Position numbers and translations under genes: made by a program
Notes under the pieces: model-generated
Seen by the model: the letters and a program-made list of their open reading frames with translations, nothing else
Database searches by the model: none
What the model was told of the DNA's origin: nothing
Origin: an uncultured Myxococcales bacterium
GTDB lineage: Bacteria; Myxococcota_A; UBA9042; PHBI01; JAAZYN01
Length of the DNA: 60,323 nucleotides
NCBI GenBank assembly: GCA_964478315.1
Contig: CAYZID010000003.1
Location: 1 to 60,323 of the forward strand
Reading direction: 5' to 3'
Shown: one piece after another, positions 46,069 through 53,856 of the stretch
Position numbering within the stretch: position 1 is the stretch's first letter
Layout: every line of letters begins with the position of its first letter

Positions 46069-46455
46069 GGGTTGGACCCTACCACGGGGGGCCGCCCGCC
46101 GTCGATTTTCGCCCCCGCGCGGCGTTGTCTCGGCGGCACCCCGGGAGCGCTGGGGCCCGGAGCGCGCCCGCGGAGGTCGCCCTGCGGCGGCGGCGACGCA
46201 CCGCGAACGAAGGTTCCAACACGAGAAAAACACTGGAAAAGATGAGAGGACGGCGGGTCCCTGTCGGGTCCCTGCCGCGCGTTGTTGACGGTCCCAGGGG
46301 GCCATGCTAGCGAGCAGGGGCAGCCCACGCACTGGAAGCTCCGGAGCACGGCGGCCCCGGTTCCTGGGCCGCCCAGCGCACTCGGGCGTGTGGGTGCTTG
46401 TCAGAGGATGTGCGCACACGGACCGTCCACGATGGTGGACACAAGGAGAAGACCT

Positions 46456-47868
46456 ATGCGGAACCGATTTGCACTTGCCGCCGCCATGCTAGGTGGCCTG
46501 GCGATGGTAGCATCGTCCTCCCCGGCGTTCGCCACGGGCGCGCGCATCGACTCGATGGGCGGGGGCTCGAAGGCTTGGACGGTGGAAGACGAGGTCAACA
46601 TCTTCGACTTCCCATCGCTGCTGGTCCGCTACGGGGACATGACCTACGTGGACAACCTCAACAGCGCCTTCGCCAACACGCGCTTCGGGTTCCACCTGGC
46701 GCTGGGCGAGGACTTCGTCATCGGCGTCTTCGGCGGCCGCATCAACGAGACGACCCGCCCGGTGGGGACGGGCTTCGACGTGGCCGGCAACGCCTTCACG
46801 GGGACGAGCGGCATCCAGGTGGGCGGGCAGGCCAGCCAGGCGGCGAACGCGGGCGGTGGCCCTGCGGGCGTGCAGCAGAACTCCTTCTGCCAGCCCGGGC
46901 CCAACAACCCCTTCTGCGTGGGTGGCAACGAGATGGTCCCCAACTCCATCTCGAACGTGGACCTCAAGATGGGCCTCATGGCGGCCATGAACGTGGCCGA
47001 CGGCGTGCGGCTCGGCTTCATGCTGAACATCCTGGGTGACGACGGCGACAACGAGCAGCCCAACACGGCCCAATGGGACGCGGGCGCGCTCCTCATCGAC
47101 CTGGGTCTGGGCCTGGGCCTGGATCTCGTCGACAGCGAGCTCGAGATCGCGCTGGGCGTGGAGTACGGGATGCTCGACGACTACCGGGACGGCGTCTTTG
47201 CTGCCAACGGGCAGCCGGGCGACCTCATCCAGCACTGGTCGGCCAGCCACTTCGCCATCCGCCTGAACGGCCGCTTCACCTACGACATCGATGACGTCTA
47301 CCACCTCATCGCCTACGCGCGGATCAACTACGCCTCTCAGGAGGTCACGCAGAACAACTTCCTCGTGACCCAGGGCGGCCCCCCCCAGCCCGGCGGCGCC
47401 TGGAGCGGCCCGGACCTGGCGCTGGGTGCCGACCTGCGCATGCAGCTCTTCGAGGACGTCTTCGTCGTGCCCGGCATCGGCCTGCGCTACGCCCAGCAGA
47501 CCCTCCAGGGCGGCGGGAACGTCGACCGCGACGTCGATCGCCTGGTGAGCCTGCCCTACTACAGCGTGGGCGTGGACGTGAAGGTCTTCGACTGGATGGA
47601 CTTCCGCTTCGGCGCCTCCCAGTCCGTGGACTTCCTCCGCAAGTCCAACACGCCCCCGGCGACCCCCACGACCGAGCAGCGCGCCAGCTCCGTGGCCACG
47701 AACGTCGCCACGGGCCTCGGCTTCAAGGTGCCGGTCCAGGACTCGGTGCTGAAGATCGACGTCAACGTGAACCCGCTGTTCTGGCTCAACGGCCCGGACT
47801 TCATCACGGGCGCCGGCAACAACACGGCCCCCTTCGGCCTCACGGGCGCCATCCAGTACGACTGGTAG
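46456..47868 (+). CDS. outer-membrane beta-barrel protein (hypothetical)
   Basis: ATG 46456 follows AAGGAGA. Signal peptide MRNRFALAAAMLGGLAMVASSSPAFA. Alternating strand pattern throughout. The C-terminus is GAIQYDW. Confidence 0.65.
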   Translation: MRNRFALAAAMLGGLAMVASSSPAFATGARIDSMGGGSKAWTVEDEVNIFDFPSLLVRYGDMTYVDNLNSAFANTRFGFHLALGEDFVIGVFGGRINETTRPVGTGFDVAGNAFTGTSGIQVGGQASQAANAGGGPAGVQQNSFCQPGPNNPFCVGGNEMVPNSISNVDLKMGLMAAMNVADGVRLGFMLNILGDDGDNEQPNTAQWDAGALLIDLGLGLGLDLVDSELEIALGVEYGMLDDYRDGVFAANGQPGDLIQHWSASHFAIRLNGRFTYDIDDVYHLIAYARINYASQEVTQNNFLVTQGGPPQPGGAWSGPDLALGADLRMQLFEDVFVVPGIGLRYAQQTLQGGGNVDRDVDRLVSLPYYSVGVDVKVFDWMDFRFGASQSVDFLRKSNTPPATPTTEQRASSVATNVATGLGFKVPVQDSVLKIDVNVNPLFWLNGPDFITGAGNNTAPFGLTGAIQYDW

Positions 47869-47946
47869 GCGGTCAGGCACCCGCGCTCTCCGGTCCCCGA
47901 GAGGCCGGAGGGGCTGGTGCTCTCCCGGCGCGCACCCGCGCACACG

Positions 47947-47978
47947 AAAGGCCCGGCGGTGAACCCGCCGGGCCTTTT
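47947..47978 (+). terminator. intrinsic terminator after the beta-barrel gene
   Basis: GGCCCGGCGG-tgaac-CCGCCGGGCC, a perfect 10-bp stem at 47950-47974, followed by TTTT at 47975-47978. Confidence 0.7.
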
Positions 47979-47987
47979 CCATGCGGA

Positions 47988-48215
47988 GCCGCGTCCGCGT
48001 CCGCGCCCGCCTCCGCGTCCGCGTCCGCGCCCGCCACCGCCACCGCGCCCGCCACCGCCACCGCCACCGCATCCGCATCCGCGTCCGCCTCCGCGTCCGC
48101 CTCCGCGTTCGCCTCCGCGCCCGCCTCCGCATTCGCGCCCGCGCCCGGGTCCGCGCCCGCCTCCGCGTCCGCCTCCGCGTCCGCCTCCGCATCCGCGGGC
48201 GCGTTCGTCTTCGCC
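47988..48215. repeat. about 38 in-phase tandem hexamers of form GCNNCC (GCGTCC/GCCTCC/GCGCCC/GCCACC/GCATCC)
   Basis: Uninterrupted 6-nt register from 47991 to 48218 with no indel. It lies between the two convergent terminators at 47947-47978 and 48246-48300. Confidence 0.9.
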
Positions 48216-48245
48216 CCTTCGCTTTATCCGGATGTCCGTGCGGGC

Positions 48246-48300
48246 AAGAAAAAGAGCGCCCGCGTTCTCCCCCGGCGAAGGGGGGAGGGCGCGGGCGCTC
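48246..48300 (-). terminator. intrinsic terminator after citrate synthase 1
   Basis: The minus strand reads GAGCGCCCGCG..CTCCCCC-loop-GGGGGAG..CGCGGGCGCTC (11 + 7 bp stems) followed by TTTTTCTT. Confidence 0.7.
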
Positions 48301-48352
48301 AGGGTTCGCGGCCCGCGGGGAACGCCACTGGCGCATCCCCGCGGGGATCGGC

Positions 48353-49654
48353 CTACTTGATGCCGACCATCTCCTCGAGCATGGCCGTCGTCAGGGACTT
48401 GGGGCGCTCGATGGGATAGCCCAGGGCGCGGTCCCAGACCAGGTTGGCGAGCACGCCCATGGCGCGGCCCACGCCGAACATGACCGTGTAGAAGTCATAC
48501 TCGGTGACGCCGTAGTGCCACTGGATGACGCCGGACTGGGCGTCGACGTTGGGCCAGGGGTTCTTGGCCTTGCCGTGCTCCTTGAGGATGGGCGGCACGA
48601 CCTCGTAGAGCATGCTGACGACCTGGAAGATCTCGTCGTCGGGGATGTACTTGAGGCAGAAGTTGCGCTGCTCCTCGTAGCGCGGGTCCGTCTTGCGAAG
48701 CACGGCGTGGCCGTAGCCGGGGATGACCTGGCCGCTGTTGAGCGTGTCCCACACGAACTTGGTGAGGTCCTCCTTGGAGGGCACCTTGCCGCCGAGCTTG
48801 TCGTAGACGCCCTGGATCCAGCGCAGGACCTCCTGGTTGGCCAGGCCGTGCAGGGGACCGGCCAGGGCGTTCATGCCGCCGGACAGCGAGTAGAAGGCGT
48901 CGGACAGCGTGGAGCCCACGAGGTGGGTCGTGTGGGCGCTGGCGTTGCCGGACTCGTGGTCGGAGTGGAGGATGAAGTACAGGCGCATGAGCTCGTCGTA
49001 GGGCTCGGCCACGCCCATCATGTGGGCGAAGTTGCCGCCGAAGTCGAGCTTGTCGTCCGGCGCGATGTGCGTGTCGCTCTTGTACTTCATGCGGTAGATG
49101 TAGGCCGCGATGACCGGCAGGCGCGCCACCAGCGTGAGCACGTCCTCCAGCATGGGCTCCCAGGCCGTGAGCTTGTCGAAGCCCTTCTCGTAGAAGGCCT
49201 TGAACTCGCTCTCACGCTGCATGGCCAGGATGGCCGTGGAGAACATGGTCATGGGGTGGGTGTCGCGGGGCATGGCCCGCAGGACGTCCCAGACGTACTG
49301 GGGCACCTGGCGGCGGACGCGGAACTCCTCGACCAGCTCGTCGACCTCTTCCTTCGTGGGGAAGTCACCCGTGAGCAGCAGGTGCATGTGCCCCTCGACG
49401 TAGGGGAACTCCTTGCCCTCGGGCTTGGGCAGGGCGGCCAGCGTCTCGGGGATGGTGTGGCCGCGGAAGCGGATCCCCTCGAAGGGGTCCAGGTACGAGA
49501 TGTCCGTGACGAGCATCTTCACGCCGCGGGCACCCCCGATGGCCTGCGCCACCGTCACGTCGCCGACCTTCTCCCCACCGAACTCCTTGAGGAGCCGCTT
49601 GGTCCGTGGCCGGTGCGCCTCGATCTTCGCCGCGAGGGTTTCCTTGAGCTTCAT
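48353..49654 (-). CDS. gltA: citrate synthase, eukaryote-like (mitochondrial-type) family
   Basis: ATG 49654 follows GAGGAGGAG. The sequence aligns by eye along its whole length with pig heart citrate synthase. Matching blocks include GGARGVKMLVTDISYLDPFEGIRFRG, LHSDHESGNASAHTTHLVGS, AGPLHGLANQEVL, IPGYGHAVLRKTDPRY, KNPWPNVDAQSG and ERPKS. Confidence 0.95.
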   Translation of the reverse strand: MKLKETLAAKIEAHRPRTKRLLKEFGGEKVGDVTVAQAIGGARGVKMLVTDISYLDPFEGIRFRGHTIPETLAALPKPEGKEFPYVEGHMHLLLTGDFPTKEEVDELVEEFRVRRQVPQYVWDVLRAMPRDTHPMTMFSTAILAMQRESEFKAFYEKGFDKLTAWEPMLEDVLTLVARLPVIAAYIYRMKYKSDTHIAPDDKLDFGGNFAHMMGVAEPYDELMRLYFILHSDHESGNASAHTTHLVGSTLSDAFYSLSGGMNALAGPLHGLANQEVLRWIQGVYDKLGGKVPSKEDLTKFVWDTLNSGQVIPGYGHAVLRKTDPRYEEQRNFCLKYIPDDEIFQVVSMLYEVVPPILKEHGKAKNPWPNVDAQSGVIQWHYGVTEYDFYTVMFGVGRAMGVLANLVWDRALGYPIERPKSLTTAMLEEMVGIK

Positions 49655-49893
49655 CGTCTCCTCCTCATGAGTTCTCCGGACCGTCCCCGGAGCTATCGCC
49701 CGCCCGACAGCCTGCTTGCCGTGCTCGCGTGCGCCCAACGGGCCCACGCGCCACGACGCGCCACCGCCACGAGCATGTCTTCGAACTAGCGCACCACGCG
49801 CTCGGACCTAGTCACCGCGACAGGTCGCGTTTCTGTCGAACCCGACGCCGCCGCGGCGCCAGGAACGCCCACTCCAAGGCCCTGACGGCCTCC

Positions 49894-49923
49894 GTCATAG
49901 GAAACCGCGCGGGCCCGTGTCAA
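49894..49923 (-). promoter_or_regulatory. sigma-70-like promoter candidate for citrate synthase 1
   Basis: The minus strand reads TTGACA (49923-49918), an 18-nt spacer, and TATGAC (49899-49894). This leaves a leader of about 235 nt. Assigned by eye only. Confidence 0.4.
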
Positions 49924-49979
49924 CCGGCTTGAAGGCTAACTCGACATAACTCAACGGAACGCAGAAAACACCCTTTGTT

Positions 49980-51506
49980 CTAGTCAGTTGCGCCGTCACC
50001 CGCGGGGTCCAGCAGCGGCTGGGCGGCCAGCTCCGAGAGGGGGAAAGGATCGCGGGAGAAGGTCTGCCCGAAGTGCTCGAACAGGTAGTCCTTTTGCGTG
50101 AGGTGCACGGGCGTGTCGGCGTCCATCCCGGTGTTCACGAGGTGACGCCCGATGCGCACGATCTCGTCGTGGATGCGCCGGCGCGTGGGTTCGGACTCGC
50201 GCTCCTCGCGCGGCACCTCGCGAAGCTCCCAGTACTCCTCGCGGTTCAGCGGCGTCTTGAGGATGAGGGCCGCTCCGTCCACCTCGTCCGTCTCGTAGCG
50301 TCCGCGGACGACGGCCTCGTAGATCATGGGGGCCAGGTCGTCGTGGCCCATCATCCAGTCGGGGTCGTAGGGCTTGTGCATGAAGTGGTCCACGCGCCCG
50401 CCGGGCTCGATGGCGATGGAGAACAGACACCCGGGCGTGGGGGCCAGGGACTTGCAGAAGTCGTCCACGACGATGGCCCCCGCGCGGTCGGCCTCGGCCA
50501 CGCCGTCGTGCCCCGCCCCGCGGGCGCCCTCCTCGTCTTCCTCGTCGGGCAGGCCCAGGGCCGGCGCCTCCGTGGGCACGGGCTCGTCGGCCAGGTAGCG
50601 AGGGAAGACGAGCTTGATCTTGGTTCCGACGCCCTCGGTGGACTCCACGTCGATCTTGCCGTTGAGCAGCGCCACCACCTTGCGCACGAAGACGAAGCCC
50701 AGGGAGTGGAGCTCGCCGGTGAGGTCCTTCTGGGAGTGGAGGATCTGCTGCACCTTCTCGGGCGGCATGCCCTTACCCTCGTCGGTGACCTCCACCCGCA
50801 CGGTGTGGGGCTCGGCGAAGACCTGGTAGAGGATGACGCCGCTCTTGCGGTGGCGCATGGCGTCCACGGCGTTCATGGTCAGGTTGAACAGCAGCCGGTT
50901 GAAGGCGGCCGCGTCGGCGTAGATGTGGCAGCGGTCCAGGTGCCCTAGGCGCACGTCCAGGCGCTTGTCGCTCGCGCCGCGGACGTAGTAGCGCAGGTGC
51001 TCCTCGACGTAGCTCTCCACGCGGGTGTGCACGGCCATGGGCATCATGGGGCCCTCGCCGTCCGAGTAGCGTACGAAGTCGACGATGCGGCGGTCGATGG
51101 CGCCGATCCACGCCTTGGACTCGTTGAACGAGTTCTCCAGCGCCCGCGCCTTGGCGCCGTGGGGCAGGTGCGACACGAAGTCCTTGAAGTCCCGCCAGTG
51201 GGGCAGCAGGGCGATGCGGCACGTCTCCAGCGTGGCGTCGATGTAGGCGCGCCCCTTGTCCAGCACCATGTCCCCGCTGGCGAACCCCTTGACCGCGATC
51301 TCGTAGGCTTCGCGCGCCTCGCGCGTCGCCTCCAGGGAGGCCGTGAGCCGGTCCAAGTACCCCTGGTGCTGTGCCCGCACCTCATCCAACCCCTCCTCCT
51401 CGTAGGCGGCGATGAGGCGCTTGTGGATGGCCACGAGCTGATGGAAGAACTTCTCCACGCGCAGGTCGTGGATGAAGAACTTGATCTCGGCGACTCGCTT
51501 GTCCAT
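49980..51506 (-). CDS. soluble histidine-kinase-like GHKL ATPase with degenerate H-box and about 200-aa uncharacterised C-terminal domain
   Basis: AAGGAGA precedes ATG 51506. N-box is LLFNLTMNAVDAM (about aa 205-217) and the G1 box is VTDEGKGM (aa 240-247). The G2 box is weak (LHSLGFVFVRKVV). A possible H-box, DFVSHLPHGAKA (H113), lies about 99 aa before the N-box. No TM segment or receiver domain was seen. Confidence 0.7.
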   Translation of the reverse strand: MDKRVAEIKFFIHDLRVEKFFHQLVAIHKRLIAAYEEEGLDEVRAQHQGYLDRLTASLEATREAREAYEIAVKGFASGDMVLDKGRAYIDATLETCRIALLPHWRDFKDFVSHLPHGAKARALENSFNESKAWIGAIDRRIVDFVRYSDGEGPMMPMAVHTRVESYVEEHLRYYVRGASDKRLDVRLGHLDRCHIYADAAAFNRLLFNLTMNAVDAMRHRKSGVILYQVFAEPHTVRVEVTDEGKGMPPEKVQQILHSQKDLTGELHSLGFVFVRKVVALLNGKIDVESTEGVGTKIKLVFPRYLADEPVPTEAPALGLPDEEDEEGARGAGHDGVAEADRAGAIVVDDFCKSLAPTPGCLFSIAIEPGGRVDHFMHKPYDPDWMMGHDDLAPMIYEAVVRGRYETDEVDGAALILKTPLNREEYWELREVPREERESEPTRRRIHDEIVRIGRHLVNTGMDADTPVHLTQKDYLFEHFGQTFSRDPFPLSELAAQPLLDPAGDGATD

Positions 51507-51623
51507 GGGGCAGCTCTCCTTGTGGGGTCGCGCGGGGCGCGGCAGGGGGAAAGGTCGACGGGGTCGAAGGGAGTGGGATGGGTTCGCGGCTTCCTCCAGG
51601 CGGCCCCGGGGTGCGCTGCGGGC

Positions 51624-52931
51624 TCAGCCGCGCGCCAGGCGACGCTCCAGCCAGTCGGTGGTGACGCTCTTGGGGCGCTCGGGGGGCAGGTTGAGGATGC
51701 GGTCCCAGACCAGGGCGCTCAGCACGCCCACGGCCCGGGCGGCGGCCACGAGGACGCCGTAGAAGGGCTGCTCCACCACGTCGAATTGGCGCAGCAACAC
51801 GCCGGCGTAGGCGTCCACCGTGGGCCAGACGTTGCGGTCCTGGCCGTGGCGCCGGAGGACCTCCGGGACGACCTCGTAAAGCATGCCAACGGTCTGAACC
51901 AGGACGTCCTGGGGGAAGTTCTTGCGGCAGAAGCGATACAGCGCCACGTAGCGCGGGTCCACGCGGCGCAGGACCGCGTGGCCGAAGCCGGGGATCACCT
52001 GCCCGCGGCGCAGCGTCCGTTCGCAGTGCGCCTCGACCGCTTCCCGCGGAGGCGGCTCACTGGCGTCCTCCACCAGCGGCGCCACCCAGCGCATGAAATC
52101 CACGGTCGCCCGCCCGTGCAGCGGCGCCGCGAGCCCGGCGACACCCGCCGACAGCGCGTAGTAGGGGTCAGCTAGCGCCGAGCCAACCAGGTGCGTGGCG
52201 TGGGCCCCGATGTTGCCTCCCTCGTGGTCGCCGTGGAGGAAGGCGAACAGGCGCAGGGCCTCGGCGAACCGTGGGCGCTCGCCCGCCAGCATCCAGGCCA
52301 GGTTGCCCGCCCAGTCCAGGGCCGGCGAGGGGCCCGCGGCCGGGGCCTCGCCGTGGCAGCGGCGGTGGATGGCCGCGGCTAGCGCCGGCAAGCGCGCCAG
52401 CAGGTTGAGCGCGTCCTCGTAGGTGGACTCCCAGAGGTCCCGAGTGCGCGTCCCGCTCCGGTACGCAGCGTGGGCCACGCTGTTGCCCTGCATAGCCAAC
52501 ACGCCCACGGCGAGCTGGGTCATGGGCGCGGCGTCCGGCGGTAAGCCCCCCAGGGCTCGGGCGGCCACGGGGGGCAGAGCCATCCCGCGTTCGAGCAGGT
52601 CCTGACGCACCGCCTCGGCGTCCTCGGCGCTGGGCTCCTCGCCCGTCATGAGCAGGTAGAGCAGCGCCTCGACCATGGGCTGCTCGCTCCCCGGGTGGCG
52701 GGGCAGTCGCTGGAGCAGCTCGGGGATGGTGCGCCCCCGATAGCGAATCCCCTGCATGGGATCCAGCGCCGACGTCTCGCTCACCAGACACACCACGCCC
52801 CGCACGCCCCCGTAGAGCTGCGCGACGTTGAGCTCGGCGATGGGCTTGGCCCCGTGCTCCTTGATCAGCCCGCGCACGCGTCGGCGCGTGGGCTCCACGC
52901 GCGCTCCCAGGACCTCTCGCATCCGGTCCAT
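51624..52931 (-). CDS. divergent eukaryote-like citrate synthase paralogue
   Basis: ATG 52931 follows GAGGAGGG. It retains LHGDHEGGN, IPGFGHAVLRRVDPRY, NVWPTVDAYAG and ERPKS. However, it has APLHGRATVDFM where CS1 and pig citrate synthase have GPLHGLANQEVL. Confidence 0.85.
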   Translation of the reverse strand: MDRMREVLGARVEPTRRRVRGLIKEHGAKPIAELNVAQLYGGVRGVVCLVSETSALDPMQGIRYRGRTIPELLQRLPRHPGSEQPMVEALLYLLMTGEEPSAEDAEAVRQDLLERGMALPPVAARALGGLPPDAAPMTQLAVGVLAMQGNSVAHAAYRSGTRTRDLWESTYEDALNLLARLPALAAAIHRRCHGEAPAAGPSPALDWAGNLAWMLAGERPRFAEALRLFAFLHGDHEGGNIGAHATHLVGSALADPYYALSAGVAGLAAPLHGRATVDFMRWVAPLVEDASEPPPREAVEAHCERTLRRGQVIPGFGHAVLRRVDPRYVALYRFCRKNFPQDVLVQTVGMLYEVVPEVLRRHGQDRNVWPTVDAYAGVLLRQFDVVEQPFYGVLVAAARAVGVLSALVWDRILNLPPERPKSVTTDWLERRLARG

Positions 52932-53101
52932 GACGCCCTCCTCATGGCTCGCGGGGACCACGCGCTTCGAGGGATCGTGCCCAAGCGGCGCCTCGCTCCA
53001 ACCAGCAGCTCGTCCTTCGAGCGCGGCACTCTAGCAGGAAGTGACCGACCGCCCAACGTTCGTCCTCGCCCCTGGACCCCGGCCCCCTTTACACTCGGCA
53101 T

Positions 53102-53644
53102 ATGGCGACGAGCTCCTGGACCCAGCGCGCGGAACGACGGGCCGAGGTCTACCGCCACCTCACCGAGGCGCTGGGCACCGCCCAGACGTTCACCGACGTG
53201 GCCCAGACCGCTGTGGAGGCCGCCGCTGCCCTCATCCCCTGCGACGGCGCCTCGGCCACGGTGCTTCAGGGGGGGGCCGCGCTGGAACCCAGCGGGGGGC
53301 TGTTGCGCTACGTGGCCGCCACGGGTGCCGCGCGCTCGGTCCTGGGGCGCGAGCTGTCGGTGGGGGCGAGCTTCACCGGGCAGGTCGTGCGTCAGCGCCG
53401 GGCGGAGCTGTTCGCGGCCGCCCGCGCCAGCAGCCCGTCGCGCTCGCGCGCGGCCCGGGATCAGATCCGCTCGGGCGCCGTCGCCCCCGTCGTGCTCCCC
53501 AGCCCGAGCGGCGGCCGCGTCGCCGGCACGCTGGGCGTCGTCTCCCACACCGCCGAGGGGCCCCGAGCCATCGACGAGGCGGCCCTGCGCGTCCTGGACG
53601 ATCTCGCCGCCTTCATCGGCCGGGGCCTCGCCCCACTCGCCTGA
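53102..53644 (+). CDS. stand-alone GAF domain protein
   Basis: 180 aa. Pattern is typical of small GAF proteins: ...LTEALGTAQTFTDVAQTAVEAAAALIPCDGASATVL...VGASFTGQVVRQRRAEL...GTLGVVSH...ALRVLDDLAAFIG. Confidence 0.65.
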   Translation: MATSSWTQRAERRAEVYRHLTEALGTAQTFTDVAQTAVEAAAALIPCDGASATVLQGGAALEPSGGLLRYVAATGAARSVLGRELSVGASFTGQVVRQRRAELFAAARASSPSRSRAARDQIRSGAVAPVVLPSPSGGRVAGTLGVVSHTAEGPRAIDEAALRVLDDLAAFIGRGLAPLA

Positions 53645-53856
53645 CCGGTCGAGCCCCCCGGCCCCCCCCCGACGCCTCCCCAAAGAAAGAGGCACCGGAG
53701 AACGAGGCACCGGAGGACAGGCCCCCCAAGGCCACGGGGCGCCCCGGCCGCGCGGGCGCATGGGGGAAGCGGCGAGGTCCCTACGCAGATTCTCCCTTGC
53801 GTTGGACGCGGAGCCGGCGCACCCTGCCGCGTCCCTCTCAGGAAAGGAATCAAGAC

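Noticed and set aside
43215-46419. The extended starts of track ORFs 43215..44888 and 45319..46419.
   Set aside because: The extensions overlap ftsX or the promoter region and are Arg/Pro-rich. The internal starts (ATG 44420 with a signal peptide; GVIQLYHV at GTG 46068) match family N-termini.
47917-49789. Reading the hexamer array as a gene (Pro-rich ORF 47917..48360, Arg-Val ORF 47981..49789) or as a CRISPR array.
   Set aside because: Both ORFs run through intrinsic terminator hairpins. The second continues 1.4 kb antisense to citrate synthase. The 6-nt units are contiguous without spacers, so it is not a CRISPR array.
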